Source: Chthoniobacteraceae bacterium (GTDB lineage: Bacteria > Verrucomicrobiota > Verrucomicrobiia > Chthoniobacterales > Chthoniobacteraceae). Taken from it: a stretch of 64,000 nt of DNA. Below are positions 38,333 to 47,942 of the stretch, one piece after another; the stretch's first letter is position 1, and the number at the start of each line of letters is the position of its first letter. The position numbers and the translations under genes were made by a program. Below the pieces are notes generated by a model. That model did not search any database, was not told where the DNA came from, and saw only the letters and a program-made list of their open reading frames with translations. The stretch covers positions 32,001 to 96,000 of the forward strand of contig JBEBGD010000006.1 in NCBI GenBank assembly GCA_040081625.1, given 5' to 3'.

Positions 38333-38779
38333 ATGGCCGCCGTTCATCTGCCCGCTGTCCTTGAACCAATTCTCCCCTTCGTCCGAAAGACGCAGGGGCG
38401 AAAGCCCAACGCCTGCTTTGAAACCTACGCTCATCTCGTGACCTTCGCTGCGGCCTTGGGCTTTAGCGTGCTCGAAGGGAGCCCACCGCCAACAGGCGCA
38501 AAACGATCCTCACTGATCGATCCAGTCGCGTGGGAGTATTTTAGCGGTGACCGCCAGCAGACCACGATTCAACTCATTGGTCTCGTTGCAGGAGGCGGAA
38601 CAGAAATCGTGAACGATCCCGAGCGCCTTTGCCGAATGATCGAAGACCTCGCTGCGGAGGGCGGCAAGGAACTCGTCAAAATCCACAAGAACTGCGGAGA
38701 CGCCTCGTTCCATTTGGAACTAGGCGAACTGCTGGTGAATGCCGCGAAGGAATCCCAGGCAGAAGCCGCAACCATCTAG
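38333..38779 (+). CDS. dnd-associated protein 4-like (PbeD-like), copy 1
   Basis: CFETYAHLVTFAAALGF and IEDLAAEGG match the paralogue at 47486 (CFREIWRLLIFAATLGF, FEEYANGG). Confidence 0.72.
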   Translation: MAAVHLPAVLEPILPFVRKTQGRKPNACFETYAHLVTFAAALGFSVLEGSPPPTGAKRSSLIDPVAWEYFSGDRQQTTIQLIGLVAGGGTEIVNDPERLCRMIEDLAAEGGKELVKIHKNCGDASFHLELGELLVNAAKESQAEAATI

Positions 38780-38783
38780 TCCT

Positions 38784-40538
38784 ATGCCAATCGAACGCAC
38801 GGGCAAATGCCCGACATTCAGGGAATACGTCACCGAACAAGCCCTGCTGCCTCGTGCGCGGGAGCCGCACACCGACCTACTCGATCTCTCACGGTATGGC
38901 TCACGGTGGATCGACATCCCCAGCTACCAGCGCGGCCTCGTTTGGGACGACGAACTTTTTGAAACTCTGCTGTTCAGTCGCTCGATCTTCCTCGGCAATG
39001 CGACTCTCGGATCATTCCCGGTGCCAAACCGTGAGGGAGCTTTTGGACGACTGCCTCAAAACGTGAATACCTACGAGGTGTTGGTTGACGGCTTGCAACG
39101 CTTCTCCATCGGCACGGCACTTCTCAGTATTCTGCATCCGATGGTGCTGAGCGCCGAACCACTGCGCGCTGATGCGGCCGGGTGGTTCAATCTTCTGCGG
39201 ATGCAAGTCGGGGCGCGTGCTCCGATTTATCAACACAACGACTTTGAGCTGCAAAATCATCCGCGTCGCGCGGTGGCTGACAGCTACCGCATCTTTCGCC
39301 GGGTTTTGGAAGCCTGGCTGATTGATCGTTTCGAGCGCGGAGAGGCGCAGCCGCTCGCGGAAGAAATTCAGCGACTCTTTCTAGGTCGGCAGATCGCGCC
39401 AGACACTTACTTCGGTTTCAGCAGCCCGACTGAAGTGGCGAATACCTTCATCGGCCTGAACACAGTTCGCGTGCAGTTGAACATCGTGGATTGGCTTCGC
39501 TCCATTGTCATCGACCGCGGCACCATGTCGGGTTGGAGCGCAGCGGAGACCGAGACACTCGAAAACCGATTCACGGAAATCTTCGTGCGCGAGAAGGGCG
39601 ACGCGCCGGAGCAGGATCTCATTCCGCTCGCATCAATCATCAAGGAGATCCTCGCGGACGGGCCTGTTCCGGAGCGTCTGCGAGTCTTTCCAAGCTGGGA
39701 GGCTGGCCTTTCGATAGACGAGGTCTATCGCTTCCTCCGATTCGTTGAGGAAATTTTCGACCACGACGCCGATCCATACGCGCGCGAGATCCGGCAGTGT
39801 GGCGCCATTCCGTTCGCTGGCCTCATCCTGTATTACTACCGCCGTTTCCTGGCGGACGGCAGCAAGCCCTCGTTCCTGACCGGCGGAAATGTCGAGGATG
39901 CCTCACTGCGCGAATACCTGCGCGCCTACTACCGCGTTGTCTTCGAGGGGAAGGTTGCGCGAACCCGAGAGTTCGCCCGCCGGCTGTTGCTCAGCAGCGA
40001 TTCTATTGAAACAGTCGCCAATGCGCTGTCGGTTCAGTTTCACCAACGCCCGTTGTCGCAGCCGGTGGATCGTGACCGACTCGTCGCGTCGTTGAAGAAG
40101 GCCGACATGAAGCGCGGACGGCAAATCTTCAATGCGTGCTTGCTACCGATCCGAGGATCGAATGATGCATTTCAACCGCTTCGGTTCGGCAAGAAATCGC
40201 AGCACTACCAGATCGACCATTTGATTCCGCAGAGCGTGGTGAGAGAGAGCGCCCATCTGCCCGGTGGACCGGAAGGCGAGTTGCTGTTCAACTTTGCTCC
40301 GATCAGAAAGACGACAAACGTCTCTGCACTGAATATCCAGTGCTCCGCGAAGCTCGCCACGGGAGGAGTCTATGCGTCGGAGCAAGGCGCGCATCCCTAC
40401 GTGGAATGGCTCGTGGCTGCGCAGGGACAGTTTTGGAATCAACTAGATCGCCTGGAACTCCTCCAATCTCTCGCAACTCCACCGATCGGAGATCAGCGCA
40501 TCCAATGGCTCGCAGATCGGCTGCTTGAGCGGCTGTAA
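38784..40538 (+). CDS. DUF262 (ParB/Srx-like) + C-terminal HNH-like (DUF1524) protein, GmrSD/SspE-like
   Basis: IPSYQRGLVW, IFLG, VDGLQR, FIGLN...L...D; C-terminal IDHLIP...N...TN. Confidence 0.8.
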   Translation: MPIERTGKCPTFREYVTEQALLPRAREPHTDLLDLSRYGSRWIDIPSYQRGLVWDDELFETLLFSRSIFLGNATLGSFPVPNREGAFGRLPQNVNTYEVLVDGLQRFSIGTALLSILHPMVLSAEPLRADAAGWFNLLRMQVGARAPIYQHNDFELQNHPRRAVADSYRIFRRVLEAWLIDRFERGEAQPLAEEIQRLFLGRQIAPDTYFGFSSPTEVANTFIGLNTVRVQLNIVDWLRSIVIDRGTMSGWSAAETETLENRFTEIFVREKGDAPEQDLIPLASIIKEILADGPVPERLRVFPSWEAGLSIDEVYRFLRFVEEIFDHDADPYAREIRQCGAIPFAGLILYYYRRFLADGSKPSFLTGGNVEDASLREYLRAYYRVVFEGKVARTREFARRLLLSSDSIETVANALSVQFHQRPLSQPVDRDRLVASLKKADMKRGRQIFNACLLPIRGSNDAFQPLRFGKKSQHYQIDHLIPQSVVRESAHLPGGPEGELLFNFAPIRKTTNVSALNIQCSAKLATGGVYASEQGAHPYVEWLVAAQGQFWNQLDRLELLQSLATPPIGDQRIQWLADRLLERL

Positions 40539-40553
40539 CGCCCTCGCGATGCG

Positions 40554-42614
40554 ATGAGCTTCTCTCAGATCGCAACGCCGATTCGCAGTCACTACGGGCA
40601 CGCGCAGGGCGGCGAACGTAGCGAGTTTCTCAGCCAGTGCATCGCACATGGACAACTATACCGGCGAGTTGTGACGAAATTCCAAGCCTCTGACCTCGCA
40701 ACACTCGGTTCAGCGTTCGTTCGGTTCATCACGAGGGGAGGAAAAGTTCGCCTGCTCGCGCGCTCCCCACTCGGCCGTGCGGAGGCGGATGCAATTCGGC
40801 GAGGAAGCGAGTGCCGCGATGAAGTTCTGCGGCAGTGCCCATTCGAGGAAGAGGCCGCGGCGGATGCGCTTCTCGTGCTGTCATCGCTCGTCGCGCGCGG
40901 AGGGCTGACCATTCGCGTGTTGAACAGCGAGAGCGCCCCAGCCGAGTCGGCGGGCATCTTCACGGATGCTGTGGGCGAGCACATCGTCGTTCGTTCGGAG
41001 CACAGCGCGACGGCCGGACTGTTCGATCAGAACGGCGGATTGGACGTGATGTGGTCGTGGGGTGACCCGCGGCGCAGAGCTGCACAGGAAGTCGAACGCT
41101 TCGACCATGCTTGGAGCGTGGGACAACTCGACGTGGACCAGATTCCGCCGACCGATGCGCGACCGCCGATACCGCTCAGTAAAGAACCGGAGGAAAGCTG
41201 CCGAGTGGCTGAAGACCCGCCGAATGCAACCAGGCCAACCAGTGCCGAGTTCGCCATTCCGCCGGACATCGAGGTTCGCGATTACCAAAAGGACGCGATG
41301 CGCGCATGGCTGGATGCAGGCGGTCGCGGCATCCTCGCGATGGCGACGGGGGCGGGGAAAACGCTCACAGCGCTCTGTCTCGCGTGCAAGGTCGCGGAGC
41401 AGAACAAGCCGCTCGTCATCGTCGTGGTGTGCCCGTTCCTGAATCTCGCGACGCAGTGGATTCGTGAAATGGCGCGCTTCGGATTGAACCCGATCTCTTG
41501 CTTCTACAGCCGCGAGCGGTGGGAGCGCCCGCTTCAGGAGGCTTACCAACGCGTATCGAGTGGCCTCATGCCGTGCATGTCGGTCGTGGTCAGCAATGCC
41601 ACGTTCCTCTCGCCGACGTTCCAGGCGGCGCTTCGCCCATCGCTCGCGCAGCACCTCCTCATCGCCGACGAAGTTCACAACCTCGGTGCAAAGCACCTCA
41701 AGAGCGTCCTACCGCAAGGAATCTCCATGCGTCTCGGACTCTCCGCCACACCCGACCGCCACGGCGACGCCGAGGGCACTCGCGCAATTTTCGACTACTT
41801 CGGCGATGTCGTTTTCGAGTTCGGCATCGAGCGGGCCATCAAGGAGGAAGTGCTCGTCCCCTATCGGTATCATCCGGTGCTCGTCGATCTGACTGACGAC
41901 GAGGCGGGCACTTACCGCGAGCTGACGGAAAGAATCGCGCGCCTGTGGTCGCGGGCGGAGGACGAGGACGATTCGGATCAGCTCAAGATGCTTCTCATCA
42001 AGCGCGCACGCCTCCTCGCATCCGCCGCGAACAAATTGCCGGCGCTCACCGCAGTGCTGCGCGCGATTGGCGAGCCGATTGAAAAGGCCATCGTCTATTG
42101 CGGAGACGGCACCGTCGAATGTCCGGCGACCGCCGAGTTGGATCGCCAGATCATCGCCGTCACCCGCCTGCTCGGCGAAAAGCACGCGTTGAAAGTGCGG
42201 AAGTTCACCTGCGACGAAAGCGCCGAGGAGCGTGAGGAAATCCTGACTGCGCTACGCGGCGGAAGTTTGAACGCTGTCGTCGCGATTCGCTGTCTCGACG
42301 AGGGCATTGATGTGCCCGACGTGCGGCTCGGATTCCTCCTCGCCAGTTCCACGAACCCTCGGCAGTTCATCCAGCGCAGAGGCCGGCTTCTGCGCCGCGC
42401 TCCGGGCAAAGCGAGGGCTGTGATCTACGACTTCATCGTGCGTCCGCCCGACTTCGGCGGCGACGCCGACGCCGGATCGTTCAGCCTCGAACGCCGGATG
42501 TTTCGCCGTGAGTTGGAGCGCATCCTCGAATTCTGCCGCACCGCTGAAAACGGCCCGGTCGCGTTGCAGCAACTCCAAGATTTGCGCGTCTCCTACAATT
42601 TGCTCGCACACTGA
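40554..42614 (+). CDS. SF2 helicase, dnd-associated restriction-enzyme type (PbeA-like), copy 2
   Basis: Degenerate PLD-like N-terminus; RDYQ, MATGAGKT, IADEVHNLG, LGLSATP, CLDEGIDVP, NPRQFIQRRGR. Confidence 0.88.
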   Translation: MSFSQIATPIRSHYGHAQGGERSEFLSQCIAHGQLYRRVVTKFQASDLATLGSAFVRFITRGGKVRLLARSPLGRAEADAIRRGSECRDEVLRQCPFEEEAAADALLVLSSLVARGGLTIRVLNSESAPAESAGIFTDAVGEHIVVRSEHSATAGLFDQNGGLDVMWSWGDPRRRAAQEVERFDHAWSVGQLDVDQIPPTDARPPIPLSKEPEESCRVAEDPPNATRPTSAEFAIPPDIEVRDYQKDAMRAWLDAGGRGILAMATGAGKTLTALCLACKVAEQNKPLVIVVVCPFLNLATQWIREMARFGLNPISCFYSRERWERPLQEAYQRVSSGLMPCMSVVVSNATFLSPTFQAALRPSLAQHLLIADEVHNLGAKHLKSVLPQGISMRLGLSATPDRHGDAEGTRAIFDYFGDVVFEFGIERAIKEEVLVPYRYHPVLVDLTDDEAGTYRELTERIARLWSRAEDEDDSDQLKMLLIKRARLLASAANKLPALTAVLRAIGEPIEKAIVYCGDGTVECPATAELDRQIIAVTRLLGEKHALKVRKFTCDESAEEREEILTALRGGSLNAVVAIRCLDEGIDVPDVRLGFLLASSTNPRQFIQRRGRLLRRAPGKARAVIYDFIVRPPDFGGDADAGSFSLERRMFRRELERILEFCRTAENGPVALQQLQDLRVSYNLLAH

Positions 42615-42624
42615 TCCACGGACG

Positions 42625-42657
42625 GAGGGTGCAGGCCGGGGTGCAAGGAGGGTGCAG
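42625..42657 (+). repeat. Three direct GGGTGCA repeats upstream of sigma-like gene
   Basis: Copies at 42627, 42639 and 42650; inverted TGCACC at 42793. Confidence 0.6.
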
Positions 42658-42826
42658 ATTTATGTGGCCAATTCGCGTTCTTCATGTCCCGTTGGAGGTG
42701 CGTTCCTCAACAGAATGCTGACTCAGGTCACCGCGACCAAAATGGCGTGGCCGACAAAAACCGAGTCAACCGAAAACATATCAGAGCGAGGCTGCACCTT
42801 TTTGGGCGGCGATAGCATCCACACAT

Positions 42827-43330
42827 ATGAACGACAGCTCAATGAATGAGCGCTACGAAGTTATCGAAGCGCTTCAGGAACTTCGTGGTCGCCACGAAGT
42901 TGGAACATACGGTTACGAACGGGCAGACCACGCCATCGGCATGGCGCTGAGTCGCGGTAGAAAAACGAGTCGTTACCTCATGAACGACGTCCTGCGGGAT
43001 GCGGGTCGCGTTTTGCGGCGACGTTGGGAGTCTCAGGAAGACAAATTCGTGTCGTTGGACGCAGACCCGGAGGGCAATCACGACGGCGTCCTTTCGGAAA
43101 GCCTCTGCTCGCCAGCACCAAGTCCCCTCGAACTTCTCCTGGTCGATGAACTGATTCGCCAGATTCGCGTGCGTCTCACCGACATGCCTCTCGCGATGGC
43201 AGTCTTCGACGGGCTCCTGGACGGCGATTCCATCTCGGAGATCGCCACGGCCAACAAAATCTCACTCAGCTACGCCAAGGTCTTGCGCACCCGTGTTCGG
43301 ACCGCGGCGGAATTCGCCATCCTCAACTAG
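42827..43330 (+). CDS. Sigma-70 region-4 / ECF-like HTH protein
   Basis: C-terminal AVFDGLLDGDSISEIATANKISLSYAKVLRTRVR after an SLD...PSPLE linker. Confidence 0.65.
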   Translation: MNDSSMNERYEVIEALQELRGRHEVGTYGYERADHAIGMALSRGRKTSRYLMNDVLRDAGRVLRRRWESQEDKFVSLDADPEGNHDGVLSESLCSPAPSPLELLLVDELIRQIRVRLTDMPLAMAVFDGLLDGDSISEIATANKISLSYAKVLRTRVRTAAEFAILN

Positions 43331-43365
43331 CAACCCACTCAACACCTCGAACCAAAACACAAAAC

Positions 43366-45099
43366 ATGTCCACAGCCTCAACTCGCATCCCACTTATTCG
43401 CACCGGCCAGGCACTGCAATCGCTCCGGGATTCCGGGCACAGCCTGCCCACCGCGCTCGGAGAACCGATCGACAACAGTATCGAAGCGGGCGCTAACATC
43501 ATCCACGTTCGGCTCGACGACACTCCGGGGCAACGCGGCAAGCGCCATGTCCACCGCATCGCCATCGCCGACGATGGCAGCGGAATGGACCGGCAAACTC
43601 TCCACCAATACCTGGTTCTTGGCTTCTCCACTCGCTACATGCGGACGGATACGATCGGGAAATATGGTGTCGGTGCAAAACTCGCCGCCCTGAATTTTGC
43701 ATGTCGTTTCGATGTCTGGAGTAGGCAGTCCCCTTCCGAGCCCTGGCTGCATGTCTATTTTGACCTGACAGAGGCCCTCGAAGCAGAAAAGGCAGGCCAA
43801 GAAGTCGGCGTCGAGAGTCCCGTTGCGGAGGCGGTTCCAGAAGACCTGCAGGATCTCCTGCCGACTGAGAGCGGAACGTTGGTAGTGTGGTCAAAGGTGG
43901 ACCGCTTGGAGGAAGGCAGACTGGCCCCCAGCTTCGATCTGCTGCGTGTGGAGGTCGAACGGGAGTTGTCGCGGATCTTTCGCTACTTCATCAACGGCGG
44001 GATCAAGCTGCTCGTGAACGGACGCGAATTGCTCGCTCATGACCCGCTTTTCCTCATGGAAAATACTTGGGCAGACGAAGTCATGACGAAGGCCCTGGCG
44101 CGGGAGCTGGAGGACGATGCACGCCAAAAGCGTCGGCGGCACTTTGCCGCCACCGTGATTCTCAACGATGAGCCGATCAAGATTGGCGATAGCAACGCCA
44201 AGGTAACCGTCACTCTCTATCCGAAGGAGGTAATCCGTAAGCGCGGGCAAGGTGGCGACGCACTGGCGAAGGATCTCCGGATTCCGGACAATCAGGGATG
44301 CATCAGCTTCATCCGGCTGAACAGAGAAGTGTCCTACACGAACGTCCCTCGCATTTTCGGACGTAGCGTTGATGACCCCGACCGCTTCATCGGGATTCAA
44401 GTGGCATTTGACCCAACCTTGGACGCGTTCTTCGGTGTCCGAAACGTCAAGCGCGGAGTGGAACCTCACGGCGAACTTCGCGAACAGCTCAGCAAGCTTC
44501 TCAAGCGCTATCTGAAGACTGCGCGCGACATGATTGAAGACATCTGGGGAGCCGCGGCAAAGGAAGATGAAACGAACCATGGCGAGCATACCGCAGTGAC
44601 CGCGGCGGCGAAAAATGCTGACCGCATGATGCCAAAGGGTCGCGCAAAAGGCCCAGCCTCCGCTGAAGGCGAAGCTCGGATTCTTGATGATCTTGCCACG
44701 GACGTCGTGGGAAACGACGAGGAGGCGAAAAAGAAATACATCGAGAAAATCCGGGATCTTCCCTTCGTCTTGGAGTCAGTCGATTGGCCAGGAACCAACT
44801 TCATCGACATCAAGCATCTGGCTAAAATGGTGATCATCCGCTTGAACACTCGGCATCGCTTCTACCGCGAAATGTGGGAGCCCACCAAAGAGATTGCGAC
44901 TCGCGGGGCCGGCGGCATCACCGTCGAGGAGGCCGTTAAAGCGTCGCGTCGCACCATCGAAGCGCTGGAGCTTCTCGTGATCGCGTTCGGCAAGGCGCAG
45001 TCGATGGACGAGAATCCTGACGAGCGTTACTCGGACCTCACACCGTATTGGGGACAGTTCCTCGACACCCTCATGGGCAGAATCAAAGGGCTCATCTAG
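43366..45099 (+). CDS. MORC-like GHKL ATPase
   Basis: SLRDSGH, ALGEPIDNSIEA, IADDGSGM, IGKYGVGAK, GTLVVW. Confidence 0.85.
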   Translation: MSTASTRIPLIRTGQALQSLRDSGHSLPTALGEPIDNSIEAGANIIHVRLDDTPGQRGKRHVHRIAIADDGSGMDRQTLHQYLVLGFSTRYMRTDTIGKYGVGAKLAALNFACRFDVWSRQSPSEPWLHVYFDLTEALEAEKAGQEVGVESPVAEAVPEDLQDLLPTESGTLVVWSKVDRLEEGRLAPSFDLLRVEVERELSRIFRYFINGGIKLLVNGRELLAHDPLFLMENTWADEVMTKALARELEDDARQKRRRHFAATVILNDEPIKIGDSNAKVTVTLYPKEVIRKRGQGGDALAKDLRIPDNQGCISFIRLNREVSYTNVPRIFGRSVDDPDRFIGIQVAFDPTLDAFFGVRNVKRGVEPHGELREQLSKLLKRYLKTARDMIEDIWGAAAKEDETNHGEHTAVTAAAKNADRMMPKGRAKGPASAEGEARILDDLATDVVGNDEEAKKKYIEKIRDLPFVLESVDWPGTNFIDIKHLAKMVIIRLNTRHRFYREMWEPTKEIATRGAGGITVEEAVKASRRTIEALELLVIAFGKAQSMDENPDERYSDLTPYWGQFLDTLMGRIKGLI

Positions 45100-45219
45100 G
45101 CCCGAACGTCGAGTGCCCTTTTGCGGTGAAATCGCGAGGGGGCACCCGCATGTTGCGGCACACTTGCTTGTCCGTCTTTGATAGCGCCAAGTCGCCGACG
45201 AACTGTTACACACAACGCC

Positions 45220-45405
45220 GTGGCTGAAATCACTTCTATACCGACCACCTACACGCGCTCGCAGGAAGCCTTCCTCAAATCCGCCGAGGAAATCCAGCAG
45301 CTCGTTCGCAGCGTGCTGCGCGATGAGCGCGACGTGATGCATCTGCGGCGCCGCCCGGAGATTCACCAGAAGATCCTCGATCACGTAAAACGCATCGTCC
45401 GATGA
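45220..45405 (+). CDS. Small helical protein associated with CxC ATPase (PbeB-like), copy 2
   Basis: 61 aa from GTG 45220 (...IQQLVRSVLRDERDVMHLRRRPEIHQKILDHVK...); ATGA overlap with the ATPase. Confidence 0.7.
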   Translation: MAEITSIPTTYTRSQEAFLKSAEEIQQLVRSVLRDERDVMHLRRRPEIHQKILDHVKRIVR

Positions 45406-47489
45406 TTCTTGAAAAACTCATCGTCGAAAACTTCCGCCAGTTCCGCGGACGGCAGGAGATTGTGTTCTCCGACTTGCGCGAGCGGAACGTCACGCTCGTC
45501 CACGCGGAGAACGGCTTCGGCAAAACGGCGCTGCTCAACGCGCTGCTCTGGGGCTTCTATGGATACGAAGGGCTGACCGACGACGTGGCGCACAAGGAGC
45601 GCATCATCCATGAGGCGTCCGCCGTGCGCGGCGCGCGCGATCCCGAGCGCACCGCCGCGACAGTCACGATTCAATTCCGGCACGAGGGAGTGAAATACAC
45701 GCTCACCCGCTCGCTCTCGCTCGCCGTGCAGCTCGTTGATCACAAGAAAACGCTGCTCACGCTCGAAGTCCTCCGCGACGGCCAGACGCTCACGGAAAAA
45801 ATGCCGCAGGCGAAAATTCAGTCCATGATGCCCGACGGCATCAGCCAGTTCCTTTTCTTCAACGGTGAGCGCATTGACCACCTCGCGATGGAGGACAGCG
45901 CCCCGCAGGTCACGGACGCGATCCAGCAGATGCTCGGCCTCAAGTTGATTCGCGCAGCGATTGACGATCTCAAGCACCAGAACGTGCGCGGCAAGCTCCG
46001 CAGCGATTTGCGCGATTGCACGAGCGATGAAAAAGCGGCGCTCCTCGATGAGCAGACGCGCGTGGATGAGCAGGTCACGCAACTCACCGAGAAACGGTCG
46101 CTGACGCACAGGAATCTCGCCGCCATCGAGGACGACCTCCAGAAAATCAACGCCAAGCTCGAAGCGAATCGTGCCGCGCACGAACTCCAGGCGAAGCGCG
46201 AAGCCCTCGAAAAGCAGCAGCGCGAACTCATCGAACGCGAGGCCACTGTCACGAAGCGCCTCGGCCAGCTCGTCGCGGAGGACGGCTACACGCTGTTCGC
46301 CGAGGGCCTCGTCCAGCGCGGGCGCGAGATCATGACGCGCTTGCGCTCGGAAAACAAAATCCCGGCGCGAGTGCTGAACACTTTCCTTCACGAGTTGCTC
46401 GAACGCGGACGCTGCATTTGCAAGCGCCACCTCGACGCCGGCACCGATGAGCGCGCGGCCGTCGAGGAACTGCTCACCATCGCCGGCGACCAGCATTTCA
46501 ACAACGCCGTCGGTTCCCTCGACAACGCCATCGGCGTCATCGAGGGCGTCCTTCAGCGCACGCGCGAAAATCTCCAGGACGCCAACCGCGAACGCCTCAA
46601 AGCCCGCGAGGAACTCGTCATCATCGGCGAGACGCTGGACGACATTCACCAAAAGCTCGGCAGCAAGGAGGACGAGGAAGTCCACAAGCTCGAAGACACG
46701 CGTCACAAGCTCCAGCTCCAGCGCGACGAAGCGATCTCCGAACTCGGCCGCATTGACGGCAAACTTCAGGAACTCGCCGCCGAACGCGACCGGCTCCGCG
46801 ACGCTATCCAGCGCATCGAGGACAACGAGGAAGCCGCAAAGCGCGCCCAGCGGCGGCTCGATTCCGCCGAGGAAAGCATTGCGCTGCTCGAACGCATCTT
46901 AGCCTTCGAAATCGAAGACCTGCGCCCGATCCTCAACGAAGAAATCAACCGCCACTTCAAGAAGATCATTGATCGCGGCTATTGGGCGGAGCTGTCCGAA
47001 GATTTCGTCCTCTCCATCCGCAAGAGCGTCAGCGTGGACGAAGGCGAAAACGACCATGTGCTCGACGTGGCGCAGAGCACCGGCCAGCGCCAGGTCACTT
47101 CGCTCGTCTTCATCGCCAGCCTCGTCTCACTCGCCCGGCGTCGCGCGGAGATCCCTACGATTTTGAAGGGCATCACCGGTGCCGAGTATCCGATGGTCAT
47201 GGACTCTCCATTCGGCCAGTTGAGCACGCGATTTCGAGAAGGTGTCTCCCGCTGGATTCCAGACCTCGCGCCGCAAGTCGTCATCTTTGCCAGCAGCACT
47301 CAATACGAGGGCGCGGTCGCCGGCGTCCTCCGCGAATCCAAGCGCGTCGGCAAACGCTACTACCTCAGCTACCACGGGCCGCACCTTCAGCCCGACGCCC
47401 GCCAGGAACTCGTCGTCGAAGGCCAGCACCTCGAGCAGTATTTCGAGTCGCCGGAGGAATACACCGAGATCATCGAGGTCGAAGCATGA
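45402..47489 (+). CDS. Rad50/SMC-like ABC ATPase with CxC zinc hook (PbeC/DndD-like), copy 2
   Basis: ENFRQF, Walker A ENGFGKT, FLFFNGE, CICKR, STGQRQ, VMDSPFGQL. Confidence 0.88.
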   Translation: MILEKLIVENFRQFRGRQEIVFSDLRERNVTLVHAENGFGKTALLNALLWGFYGYEGLTDDVAHKERIIHEASAVRGARDPERTAATVTIQFRHEGVKYTLTRSLSLAVQLVDHKKTLLTLEVLRDGQTLTEKMPQAKIQSMMPDGISQFLFFNGERIDHLAMEDSAPQVTDAIQQMLGLKLIRAAIDDLKHQNVRGKLRSDLRDCTSDEKAALLDEQTRVDEQVTQLTEKRSLTHRNLAAIEDDLQKINAKLEANRAAHELQAKREALEKQQRELIEREATVTKRLGQLVAEDGYTLFAEGLVQRGREIMTRLRSENKIPARVLNTFLHELLERGRCICKRHLDAGTDERAAVEELLTIAGDQHFNNAVGSLDNAIGVIEGVLQRTRENLQDANRERLKAREELVIIGETLDDIHQKLGSKEDEEVHKLEDTRHKLQLQRDEAISELGRIDGKLQELAAERDRLRDAIQRIEDNEEAAKRAQRRLDSAEESIALLERILAFEIEDLRPILNEEINRHFKKIIDRGYWAELSEDFVLSIRKSVSVDEGENDHVLDVAQSTGQRQVTSLVFIASLVSLARRRAEIPTILKGITGAEYPMVMDSPFGQLSTRFREGVSRWIPDLAPQVVIFASSTQYEGAVAGVLRESKRVGKRYYLSYHGPHLQPDARQELVVEGQHLEQYFESPEEYTEIIEVEA

Positions 47490-47929
47490 GACGTATTCAA
47501 CGCGCATTGGACAAAGAGGAACTGGTGAAGGAACTCACGAGCGGCGAGACGCCTTGCTTTCGAGAAATCTGGAGGCTGCTCATTTTTGCCGCGACCCTTG
47601 GTTTCAAACTCGGACGCCGCGAGGAACTCGGCGATACCGATTCTGGAAAAGCTGTTCCTGAAAACTACTTCGCAAACAGCACGGCCTGGCCCGGCCTCCT
47701 GTTTCTGTTCGGGTTGGTGGAAAAGAACGAGACCAACTTGTTGCTGGCCGCAGACGAAGCGGACGATGAACTGGCGAAGATATTCGAGGAATACGCAAAC
47801 GGCGGGCTCGCCTACTTGAAATCCCGACTCGCAACGAAAGGCTCCAATCTGCTTTCTATCCTCGATCTCATCGCCGAGGTCACCGCAACTCCACCATCGG
47901 CACCGAACCTCAAGGACATCGGGATCTGA
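47486..47929 (+). CDS. DNA phosphorothioation-associated protein 4 (PbeD-like), copy 2
   Basis: MRRIQRALDKEELVKEL...FREIWRLLIFAATLGF...IFEEYANGGL; ATGA overlap. Confidence 0.8.
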   Translation: MRRIQRALDKEELVKELTSGETPCFREIWRLLIFAATLGFKLGRREELGDTDSGKAVPENYFANSTAWPGLLFLFGLVEKNETNLLLAADEADDELAKIFEEYANGGLAYLKSRLATKGSNLLSILDLIAEVTATPPSAPNLKDIGI

Positions 47930-47942
47930 ACCGCCACTCGCC

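Noticed and set aside
33880..47929. Calling these genes dndF/dndG/dndH, or Wadjet/Lamassu
   Set aside because: Sizes and motifs do not fit DndFGH; no JetD/Toprim gene; gene order fits a PbeABCD-like core better. Needs HMM confirmation.
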